From Dudresnaya verticillata (taxonomy: Eukaryota), in NCBI GenBank assembly GCA_977862235.1, contig OZ374557.1, forward strand, positions 3,534,001 through 3,598,000: a DNA stretch of 64,000 nucleotides, written 5' to 3'. Of this stretch, positions 1-9,860 are shown in pieces. Numbering within the stretch: the first letter of the stretch is position 1; every line of letters begins with the position of its first letter. A program made the translations under genes and the position numbers. The notes below the pieces were generated by a model. The model was given only the letters and a program-made list of their open reading frames with translations, ran no database searches and was not told the DNA's origin.

Positions 1-666
1 AAACTTTAATGGAGTTTGACGTAATGAGAGGACGTAAAAGCGCAGTAATGGCACTGAGCGAATAAATAGAGAGTAACCGATGGAGCCACGACGCGGGAAT
101 GACGCTCTTTTCTGCTCTGTTCTGGTTCATTCGGATTCTTCAGTGTGACATGCTTGCATGTCGCGTGGTGCCTGATTGATTTGCCTTCTCTCTTGGGCGC
201 AGTAATGCTAATTCACTGCAGCGCCCGTGGCACAGAGTTCCGTGCCCATGTCGAGCATCACAGCTTTGTTCTGGCGTCGTTGGAAATAGTGTTCAAGGAC
301 TTTCCACACCTGCCTGTCCCAGAGAGCTGGAACAAGAGTGTGAAATGTACTGGCTTGGAATCAACACTTTCCGTACTTGCAAAGGGCTTGCGGGTATGAA
401 AACCAGAAAACCAGTCTCACTGAACCATGAATCATTTACATGAGCAAAGCACAGGAAAGCACACACTAGGCTACGGCTGAGCAGAGCACCTGTACTCGAT
501 CACCAAGACACTACAATACTACGAAGGGCATACGGGTCACGGCCTGTAGCCGCGAAGCACAAAAAAAAGAATCACGGCATGATGAACAGTCGATAGAACA
601 TGACCGGACCGGACGGACTCTGCAATTGTACATGTAGAGGTTTCCAAACCGTGACAGAAAAAGTGC

Positions 667-969
667 TTACTCCATTGCTTCCGGAGTCGGGGTCGGGGTA
701 CGTCGGACCTTGCCGCAAATGAAGCCGCGACGACGCGGGGCCGGACGGTTACGGCACCTCTTGACCGTGCAGAAACCTTCCTTGCCACGGCAGTCCCTGC
801 GAGCCTTCCTCCTGGCCCTCCGGCCAACACGGCACTTGCTCATGCAACGGACGCGCTGACGAATGGCTTCGATCGCGGTGTCCTCGTTCTCGTTGCCAAC
901 GTTGACAGAGAGAGCGAAGGCTGCAGCCACGAGGGCCAGAAGCGTGAAGAAGAAAAGCGACTTGCTCAT
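667..969 (-). CDS. Small secreted Cys/Arg-rich prepropeptide (100 aa)
   Basis: ATG at 969, TAA at 667. Hydrophobic signal peptide MSKSLFFFTLLALVAAAFA, acidic spacer NENEDTAIEA, then an Arg/Lys-rich domain with 6 Cys. Confidence 0.75.
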   Translation of the reverse strand: MSKSLFFFTLLALVAAAFALSVNVGNENEDTAIEAIRQRVRCMSKCRVGRRARRKARRDCRGKEGFCTVKRCRNRPAPRRRGFICGKVRRTPTPTPEAME

Positions 970-2488
970 TGTTGACGAAGACGGATTTGTCGGCGGAAGT
1001 CGGGTAGTCAAGAATGCTGCGGGCGATAGGAAGAGAATGTGGGCGCGCTTACGCTGGGCTCGATCGGCTTAAGTAGCGAGAAATTGGGGCGCGCAAGCAT
1101 GTTGCAGATGGCGGTTAAGGTTCTGGAAGCGCTGGGAAGTGCGGCAGTTGACGGGCGGGTGGGCAGATTCTGATTCACCGGGGCAGTCAGGCTGAGAGGG
1201 AAAATCTTGGGTGGCAGCTTGCTTGCTGATGTCAAACGTTGCGCATCCATCAGGATCAGGCCGTCGTCGCGCTGCTGCGGCGGTTGACAGTGCGGCGTTT
1301 GGACGGGGAAGGCGGTGTCGGGGTAGACACCCACGGGCTTAGGAGAGAAAATGCTGACCGCAATCTCATCGGAATCTGTAAAGACCAAGTGTGGGCGGCG
1401 GTGGCAGTGAGCCACGCAGAGCGACTGGATGGCTGCCGTGAGATGTTTGTGTCACTTTTTTGGGTCAAGTTGATGCAATCTATAGTGCTTGTAAGGCCAC
1501 GCAAGCGGCAAGCGTGGGCGCAATAAGCGCCAAGATCGGCAGCGCGGCTGGCAGTAGCGCGCAATAGCGCCGCGTTTGCGGCGTTTTGGGCGCTTGTTTG
1601 ACGGCAACTGCGAGCGCCCAGGCGCAAATCACCGGCAGGTCTGCAACATTGCGCTTCGTTGGCGTTCTACGTACCACGCGCTGCCTGCCGCGCGGCGCAG
1701 CCGTTGGACGGCCTCCTTCGCGCGCGCGCACGCGCGCACGGCCCCCGCGCGAATCACGGCTCGCTGTCATCCTCGGGAGAGGTGCGCGGTCCTCTGCGTG
1801 GTGCAGCGCGGCGCCGCGCCGCTTGGCGTCCGTCCCACGCCCGCGGAGCACGGCCTGTGCACACACGCCAAGCAGCCTTCTTCATTCGCCCGTGGCACAA
1901 ACAATTGGTTGCTTGCCGCCACGGAACGTCCCGCGGGGCAACCGCTGCAAGTGTGCACGCGCACGCCGGCGCTAATTGTCATCTTTGTAGATATTGCACT
2001 TTGCAATAGATACAAACTGGCAGTTTGCAACCGGTGAAATATAGTGGACGATGCAGAAGATAGACATAGACCAGTCCGTAACAGTTGCACAGACAAGCCC
2101 TTCCCTGCCATGTTCCGACACGAGCTTTCTTTCTGCTGAGCGCTGTCCTTGTCGTTGCTCAAGGCGCGCGGCGCCTTGAGAGACTCAACCTGCGATGTTC
2201 ATCTCTCAATCCTCGAGGGGGTGCCAGTGCCATCGAGACCAATACAATGTTAGCAGAGCTATGCACACTGTGTGTTGTAGCAGCGCCAGCTTGAGAGTGC
2301 CGCACGTGTCCAATCGAATCGCACATCAAGAACAAATCGCTCAGAAAAAATAGCCCTCAACCCCACACAGCCCCATTCCCCGATTCCTTCCAACATCGAC
2401 AGCAAACGCTGCTCACATGCTTTGCCACCCCCGCACGCCGCCGCCGCCGCCGCCGCCCCGCCCGCCCCCCCCGATCGCGCGCGCAGCA

Positions 2489-2622
2489 ATGTCGTCCGAG
2501 CCGCAGCTAACGCCGGCGGAGAAGGCGGAGGCGCGCCGCCAGAAGATCCTGGCGAAGAAGAGTGCGCGCATCAAGTACGCGGCCGGCGACCGGTCGCAGC
2601 TGCCGAGCGTGGCGCCGCCGGA

Positions 2623-2661
<39 letters not shown>

Positions 2662-3130
2662 CGTGCCCGCAGGGCGACGCGCGCCAGCGTCGCCGCGCCT
2701 TGCGCCGGCGCCCGCGCCCGCGCCAGCCGCGGCCGCGGTCTTCCCGCGCGTCGGCGCCGGCGCGCCCGGCGGGGTTGCGCTGCGCGCGCCGCGCGCGTGG
2801 GCGCGTGTGGTGGTGATGGTGCTTTCGGCGGTTGCGTTTGCGGTGATGGCGCGGATGGAGGTGGTGCCGGAATGGCGAGTGTCTGCGGTGCATGTGTTTT
2901 TGTCGGTGCAGTTGTGCTTGATCTTGCCGGAGGTGGTTGCTGCGATGTCTGCGGGAGGGCGAGACGCTGGTTTGGCGGCATTGTTCGGGTTTGACAGCGG
3001 CGCGCGCGGCATTGTCGGGCTTTTGCTCCGTGCTACGAGCATTGCCGGCGCCGTCAATCGAGTGTCGAAGGAGCTTTCCGTTTTTGTCTTTGCGTTTTTG
3101 TGCACATGGTATGTATTGGAACGGGTTTAG
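2489..3130 (+). CDS. GET2: GET2/CAML-like tail-anchored protein insertase receptor (213 aa)
   Basis: N-terminal basic motif AEARRQKILAKKSARIKYAAG resembles the EARRRKIL..R....G motif of GET2/CAML; Pro-rich linker; about three hydrophobic segments in the C-terminal half. Confidence 0.55.
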
Positions 3131-3924
3131 GGAAGGGCTCTAGAGGGAGAAGGGTGTGTCAAGAAAACAAGTATGGTGCGTGCCTTGCAGTTGCAGCAGG
3201 GAGAGACGGCTTGCATCTCCTCTACTCTGCTTGAGGAGGACTTGGTTCAGTGCGGGTGGCGCAGACTCTGCAGACTCTGATGCCGGATCGATTTTTGCTT
3301 TGCGGCATGTGAGAGGAGGCTGCCCGACTCTTCTACCTAGGACTTGAGAGAGACTGAGCTGAGCTGAGCTGGTCGTCGGCAAGCTGGGCGGCTGCGGCCA
3401 ATCATGCCAGCTGTAACAGCCAAAAAAGCCCCAAGCGCTTGAAAGCACGGCGCTAGAGCTCGGAAGCTGTTGGTTGCGTGTGGCACAGGCAAAAAGTGCA
3501 GTTTGTGGCGACATAGGTGCGGATGTGCATCTCGTTTGAGCCTTCTGGAGTACTGGTAGATGGTCGAGAGAGATGCATGGGACAGTCGTCAGGTTTACGG
3601 TGCGAAGGGCATTATGGCGAACCTCCTCGATGCGAATGAATTTCCGCTCCCTTCTAATAATGTAATGGAGGACTCTCGAGGCTCTAGCTGATGACCTGCA
3701 AAACGCCAATGCCAAAGACATCTGGCCTACCTTGCGTACCTCGTGGCTCTCAAAAAGCGCCCAGCGCGAGGAACAAAAGCAAACGAGAGGGACAGACGGC
3801 GCCGCTCCGCTAGCGTGTGGCGCATTGAAACGCCGCAAAGCTCTCATCGTCCGCCAAGATGAACAAGATGTAAAGAAAAAAAAACACTAGCACCACCACC
3901 GTACGCTGATGATGACGATGACGA

Positions 3925-5560
3925 TCAGCTGCCCTTTCCAAAGCCACCGGCCTGTTGCCTCGCCTTGCGCCTCGCACTCGCAGCCTTCATGGCCTCGGTC
4001 TCGACAAACCTGGGCTCAGACAAGGCCTTTGTCTTGCCGACGGCCGAGACGCGGTCCGCGTCGACGCCCCTCCCACTACTCTGGCTCTTCCCGACGGCGG
4101 CGGCGGAGCTTGCCGAATCTGCGCCAACATTGCGGCGACTCGGCTCTGCGCCACCGCCACCTCGCACGAGCACGGTGGCAGCATCGGGCCTACGCGGCGC
4201 CGTCTTCGCGGGGTGGTGGCTCTTCACGGCGGGCGCGGCGGGGCCCTGCGGCGCCAGCGTCGGCGCGGCTCCCGCGCGCGGGGCTGCGCGCGCGGAAAGC
4301 GCGCGCCAGTTGCGCAGCACAAACATGACGACGGCGTACAGCAGGGCCAGTCGCAGCAGGTCGTGGCGCACGAGGCGCACCAGCGCGTGCGGGTTGCGCG
4401 CGCGGCGCCACAGCGACAGGTCTGTGGCGAGGCGCGCGTAGTAGCGCGCGTACGCCGGCGGCGACGTGAGCGGGTCGGCGAACGGGAGGCGCCAGTTGAT
4501 GGCTGCGTACGCGGCGTGGATGTCGCGGTCGGTGGGCGGGGCCACTGCGCGGCGCGGGCGGAGCACCAGCAGGCCCTGCGGCTCGTCGACCGGGCCGGCC
4601 TCGGGGTCGGTGTTGCGGTGGGCGAGCACGCGCGCGACCTCGACGTAGTACGGCAGGACTGCGGCGTAGAGATGCAAGCGGGCGTAGAAGTCGTGCAGGA
4701 AGACGACCGAGTCGGGGTGCAGATGGCGGAGGACCTTTAGGGCGCAGGCGACCCCTGTCGGTGGAGCGGGAGCGGATGTTTCGAAGGTGGTTTGCAGGTT
4801 AGTAGTGGAGAGAGAAGAAGACAGGGACAAGGACGGCAATTCGAGTTTGCTTGTGACTGTGTGTGGTGGGTGGTTGGTGTGAAACAAACTTACTCGCTCG
4901 GCCATCAATAAGCACCTTGTCAAACATGGTATCCGGAAAGGTAGCCACAGCATCAACATACTCTTTAAACTGGGCGTAGTTGCCATGCTCGGTCGGCGAA
5001 AGCGTGCCCCACGCGCGGTAACCCGGCGGGACATTGACACAGCGCACCTGCAAGCGGCCATAGTCCGCCTTGCCCCGCACCGCCGCGCGCACATAGTCTG
5101 CCCACTCGCAGTCGTGCTCCAGCGAGTACGCGCTCCCCACCAGCGGGGCAAAGTTGAGCGTGGACCCGCCCGCGCCAAACTCGAGATACACGTCGCGCGG
5201 GCGCAGGTAGGCCGCGATCAGGTCCAGCTCCGCGCGGTGCATCATCTGGCGCGCGTACGCGGGCCGCGCGCCGGCCGACGCGTTGGCGCGCGGCGGCGCG
5301 CCGGACACCCATGCGGGCAGGCGCGCGGGCGGGGCGGCGGACGGCGGCGGCGGCGCGCGCGGGTGCGCGGCGGCGACGGAAGACGACGGCGACGCGCGGC
5401 CGTGCAGCCAGGTGTACACCGCGTCGGACAGCGACGGCGCGGGCGCGAACAGCGCGGCGCGCGCCGGCCGCGCCGCGCCGCCGAGCAGCAGCACCAGCAG
5501 CAGCGGCAGCGCCGCGGCCAGGCGCGGCGGCGGCGGCGGCAGGCGGCGGCGGCGGCGCAT
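3925..5560 (-). CDS. Membrane-anchored class I SAM-dependent methyltransferase, two exons (5560-4894, 4754-3925)
   Basis: N-terminal signal/anchor; motifs YLEFGAGGST, SLEHD, DKVLIDGRAR-VAC, VFLHDF. Splicing out 4755-4893 joins two ORF-track frames into one reading frame. Second hydrophobic helix LALLYAVVMFVL. Confidence 0.85.
4755..4893 (-). other. Spliceosomal intron, 139 nt
   Basis: GTAAGT donor at 4893, ACTAAC branch site at 4803-4798, CAG acceptor ending 4755; the frame is restored on splicing. Confidence 0.85.
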
Positions 5561-6257
5561 GGCGGCGGCGGGGCGGGCGCGGTGCGGCGCGGGGGCCGGC
5601 GCGGTGCGGCGCGCGCGGGGGCCGGCGGAGTTGTGCGCGGCGCGCGCGGGGGCCGCGCGGTGTCAGCGCGTGTGACGGCGGCGTGACGGCGCGGTGGAAC
5701 GCGGACAGGTGTCCCGCGCGGGGCGCGGGCGGCGGCGCGGGCGGATCGCTGCGCGGTGTGCGGCGGACCGCGCGGCGGCGGGCGCCAGGTCATGGCGCGG
5801 GGCCAACAAAGGGCGGTCTGCGCTGATCGCGGCCGCTCGCTGCGCTGCGCGCGACACGGCTGTCCCGCCGATGGAACGCGGCCATTGCCGTCTCGCGCGC
5901 AGATCGCGCCAGTGCAAGCGCCCGCGGCGCACCTTCGCGATACAGTAGCGCTCGCGCGCCGCGTGGAACGCCCCGCGGCGCGGGGGCGGGCGAGCGGCGG
6001 CGCGCGGTGCGAGCGGCGCGCGCGCCCGCCCCGCGCGTCACGCCGCGCGCGCGCCCGCGCCCGCGCCGTACAGTCGCTCGGCTGCGCACCTTCCTCCGCT
6101 GCGCGCTCGCTGGGCGCGCGCGCGGGCCTCCACCGCGCGCGCGCGTGTGCAGGCGCCGGTCGCCAAGTCAACACGCGCGCTCGCTGTCTTCTCGCGCGCC
6201 CCCGCTCCCCGCCGCGCGTGCGCGTACGGAGCGCGCCGGCCGCGCCGCCGCGCCCGC

Positions 6258-6263
6258 TAAATA
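6258..6263 (+). promoter_or_regulatory. TATA-like box (TAAATA)
   Basis: Isolated AT-rich hexamer in an extremely GC-rich stretch, about 40 nt upstream of the ATG at 6300. Confidence 0.55.
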
Positions 6264-6299
6264 CCGCCGGCCCCCGCGCGCGCCGCCGCCGCGCCGGCC

Positions 6300-7394
6300 A
6301 TGGCGTGCTGCACCTGCGCGCCCCGCTGCTGCTGCCGCGCCGCCTGCTGCTGCCGGACGGCTTGCAAGGCGTCGCCGGCCCCCTCTAGCTCTTCGCCGTG
6401 CGCGTCGTGCGCCACCGCCACCGCCACCACCACTGCCACCGCCACCGCCTCCGCCACCGCCGCCGCCTCCGCCTCCGCCACCGCCGCCGCCGCCATGTCG
6501 TCGTCGCCGCGCCCCAACTTCTCCACGCGCGACCTGCCCGACCTCACGGCGCCGCCGCCCACCACGCGCCCGTCGTCGTCCAAGGCGCGCGCGTCGTCGC
6601 GCTCGGCGACGCACACGCGCACGCGCACGCAGACGCACACGCGCACGCGCCGCTCCACCACGCGCCACACGGCGTCGGCGTCGGCGTCGGCGTCGGCCGC
6701 GCCCGCGCCGGCGTCGCGCACCAAGTCCAACCCAACCACGCCGCCCGCCACCGCGCGCTCCAAGTCGGCCACGCCCACCGCCACGGCCACGGCCACAGCC
6801 ACCGCCGCCGCGCGCTCCAAGTCCAAGACAAAGACAAAGACCGTGTCGGCCGCGTCCGCCCCGCCGCCGTCCGACCCCTCCAGCTCGGCCTCGCCGTCGC
6901 CGTCGCCCACCCCGTCTGCCGAGTCGAGCTCGTGCCACTGCGACGCCTCGTCCTCGTCCAGCCCGAAGCAAACCACCCGCTCCGCCTCCGCCGCGTCTGC
7001 CGGAGGTAGCGCTGCATCTGCATCTGCCTCTGCCTCTGCCTCTGCATCTGCATCTGCCTCGCGTTCGCCGACCGGTGGCTCCGCTGCATCCGCCTCGCGG
7101 TCGCCCACCGCCTCTGGTGGAGCGTCGGCCTCGCGGTCGCCCACCGGGTCCGCCAGCCCCTCCGCCGGCGCCGGGTCGCCGTCACGATCGCCGAGCAGGT
7201 CTGCCGCCGCGTCGGGCTCGCGGTCTGCGAGCGCGTCGCCCACGCGCTCCGCCTCGGCCTATGCGTCGCGCAGCGCAGCCGTGGTCGTCTCATCGTCCAA
7301 GAAGGAATGCCGCCCGTGCAGGCCGTCATGCCGGTCACGGTGTTGCATGCCGGTCATCAAGGTGTACGTCAACTGCTACAAGCCGTGCAAGTGA
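6300..7394 (+). CDS. Ser/Ala/Thr-rich low-complexity protein with Cys-rich N- and C-termini (364 aa)
   Basis: gccATGG context, upstream TATA-like box, GC-ending codons, SRSPT repeats; termini MACCTCAPRCCCRAACCC and CRPCRPSCRSRCC...CYKPCK. Confidence 0.65.
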   Translation: MACCTCAPRCCCRAACCCRTACKASPAPSSSSPCASCATATATTTATATASATAAASASATAAAAMSSSPRPNFSTRDLPDLTAPPPTTRPSSSKARASSRSATHTRTRTQTHTRTRRSTTRHTASASASASAAPAPASRTKSNPTTPPATARSKSATPTATATATATAAARSKSKTKTKTVSAASAPPPSDPSSSASPSPSPTPSAESSSCHCDASSSSSPKQTTRSASAASAGGSAASASASASASASASASRSPTGGSAASASRSPTASGGASASRSPTGSASPSAGAGSPSRSPSRSAAASGSRSASASPTRSASAYASRSAAVVVSSSKKECRPCRPSCRSRCCMPVIKVYVNCYKPCK

Positions 7395-7557
7395 GCGCGC
7401 GTTCTCCGGGGGGGTGGGGTGGGGGTGGGGGTGGGGGGAGATGTTGGATGTTGTTGTAGAGCTTGCCTGGTGCTCTACCGGCGCTTCGCGTGTCCGCCGC
7501 CGAGGCTCACGCTCGCTCGCTCTCACCCGCAATCTCGCATATTCTTGCACGGTGACG

Positions 7558-7596
7558 CTCTCTCTCTCTCTCTATCTCTCTCTCTCGCTCTCTCTC
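7558..7596. repeat. (CT)n microsatellite
   Basis: Interrupted CT dinucleotide run. Confidence 0.9.
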
Positions 7597-8882
7597 GCTT
7601 GCGCGCACTCGTACGCTCGCATGCACACCCGCTGCAACAGCTGGAGGGCGTTGATGTTCTTTTAGTCAGTAAACGTGGTTAGCGTCCGGTTGGCTCGCAA
7701 GATAACCGGCAAGGACCGAGAGAAGACGCAACGCGGCGACTGCGACACGAGCGAGCGACAGTGCGAGAGGCGCGGAGGCTCATTAGCCACGACCCGTGGG
7801 GGGCGGGAGGCGGGTGCGGGCGATCGAGATGGCGGCGTGCACTGGCGCGGAGATGTGTGTTTCCGGGCGGCGCTTCTGCAACCACGCGGTTTGGCGCTGG
7901 CGGCAGAGGCGAAAAGCTATCCGATTCGGCGCGTCGGTGCGCGTCGCGATCGCGAGGCGGACCGCTCTGACGCGCGCAGCCGCGCCTTACAGCGCGCCCT
8001 GCGCATTACAGCCGCCGCCGGCGCCAGGCGGTTCGCGCGGCCCAATGGCGCCGCGACAGCGCATCCGACGCCCTTCGCGCAGCGGAGCAGTGCCGAGTTG
8101 CCGACACGGTGGCGCCAATTGGATCGACAGGCACTTTGATGTTGCCACAGATGTTACCGAACCTTGCCGCTGGCCCTTGGCCTCTCCCCGCTCCGGTCGG
8201 GGAAGGGCCCCGCGGGAATACAATACATTGCCGCCTTGCCTGACCTCCGCGCACGGTACGCAGTCTCAGCAACCGCCTGTTTGTGTGCTCTGTCAAGGAT
8301 CTCCTTGTGCGCGGTGCTGCTGTAGCTAGTAGACAGTAGCCAATAGAGGGGCAGAGCCGGGTCTGGCTATAGAGTCCTGCAGCCGAATGGACGCTGTCAG
8401 CAGGGCGGCTTACAGAAGAGGACCTCATTGATGCAGGACACGCTGTCCCTTAATCGTTGCACACGTGGCCTTACACTCGCGCCAGTTGGACGCCCAGGAT
8501 TGGCTGATTTATGGCGCGCCGTCGCGCTCCTACGCATGGACGAGGAGCGTTCCCACGCTGAAGGTATAACCAATGCCTTTATGAACCCCGCTTGGCTGCC
8601 GGCCTATCTGCCAACAAACCCCCTTGTAGCGTAGTGCAACCCCACCAACTTCTGTAACGGACATCTGGCCTGACTCTTTCTCGCAATGAGATTAGAGAGA
8701 TAATGCGGACAAAAATCGTTCGACAAAAACTCAGTTTGTGACTCACGGATCGCAAGCCGAGAAGTCGGAACGAAACATAAATCACTAAATGCATTAGTTC
8801 TTTATTATGGGCGGCTTTTCGTATCAGAAGGATACAGTACGAGCCCTTTGGTGCACCACGTTCACGCGCGGCACACACCGCC

Positions 8883-9037
8883 ATGCGCCAAAAGGACTTC
8901 AGCGTCGGTGCGACTCGCCGAAAGGTGAGTAAGAGCAGGTGGTTGCTGGCGGCTTCGATCGCTGGAAAGAGCCATCCTAAACTGCAGCATCGCCTTTACA
9001 ACAAGCTCAAGACAGGAAAGCTAGACTTGCGCAAGGT
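8883..9037 (+). pseudogene. PIF/Harbinger (DDE_Tnp_4)-like gene, piece 1 (N-terminus)
   Basis: ATG 8883, MRQKDF...KLDLRKV; stays in frame with pieces 2 and 3 once elements A1 and B1 are removed. Confidence 0.65.
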
Positions 9038-9712
9038 TGTGGTGAAGTGAGCCGTGGCGCGCACGCGACACGCCGACGGCGAGCCAACCGCAACGGATGA
9101 TGTGGCAATACGCCACGCTGATGATCTGGCAACGTGTAACCGTGTCGGATGTCGTGCGCATTGCTGTACGCCGGTACGCATTGCTGTACAGCAGTGAGGC
9201 GCACCAACTATATCGGAGTATTTGTAGTATTTATTCTTTATTTTTAGTGAGTATCTGTACAGTATGTAGAGTAGTGCGCCAGCCAATGAGAATGCTGCGC
9301 ATGTCCGTGTCGGAGATTGGGACCAGCAGGGCCGATTCCACCATGGGTCCAGACCACTAGGGTCTGGACCCCACGGACCGGACCGCTCGGTGCCACTCTG
9401 ACTTCTATATAAGGGCGGCACCGCAGCGGCTCCTAAGGTAAACGGGTAAGCAACCTTAGCCCAATCCTTTACGGTTTTCCCCGCGCCGAGCCCGTTGCGG
9501 TCTACCACCACCACCGTTACGGAGTCCGTCCCGGCACTTGTACCACCCCCTTGTCTGTTGCTTCCCAATATCCGTCTCGGTTAGCCGCTCGCTGTTCTCC
9601 CGTTACGGTGCGAACTGCTCTACCACCCCGTGGAGGTATTGTTGCTCTCGTCCGTTAAGGAAAGTCAGGCCAGCTGTCCGTCTCGGAGTTCGTCGGTTTT
9701 CACTACACCACA
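9038..9712 (+). repeat. 5' LTR of A1
   Basis: TGTGGTG...CACCACA termini; TATATAA at ~9406; about 7 substitutions versus the 3' LTR. Confidence 0.97.
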
Positions 9713-9717
9713 TCTTT

Positions 9718-9736
9718 TGGTCTCCCGACCTAGAAC
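9718..9736 (+). promoter_or_regulatory. Primer-binding site of A1 (TGGTCTCCCGACC..., possibly tRNA-Tyr)
   Basis: TGG-initiated, just downstream of the LTR; the same 19-mer follows the 5' LTR of B1. Confidence 0.75.
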
Positions 9737-9860
9737 ACCGTCACGGTTGGAAGAAAAAGCCGTCGAAATCCGCTACGGTAGGAATTCGGCTGTACCGACA
9801 ACCCGTTACGGAATATTGGATAGACAAGCCAGAACAACCGTTGTGTTCCGTTAAGCTATC

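Noticed and set aside
3140..3847. 235-aa minus-strand ORF
   Set aside because: No recognisable motif or convincing composition; cannot be supported without expression data.
1239..8430. Many long overlapping Arg/Ala/Gly/Pro-rich ORFs (e.g. 5242-6174, 6007-7665, 6257-7243)
   Set aside because: Expected from stop-codon scarcity in very GC-rich DNA; most are shadow frames of the called genes.
8996..9568. ORFs recurring in LTR copies (also 21294-21653, 33744-34085, 35536-35892, 36133-36735)
   Set aside because: They recur only because the LTRs are repeated, and they run across element boundaries.
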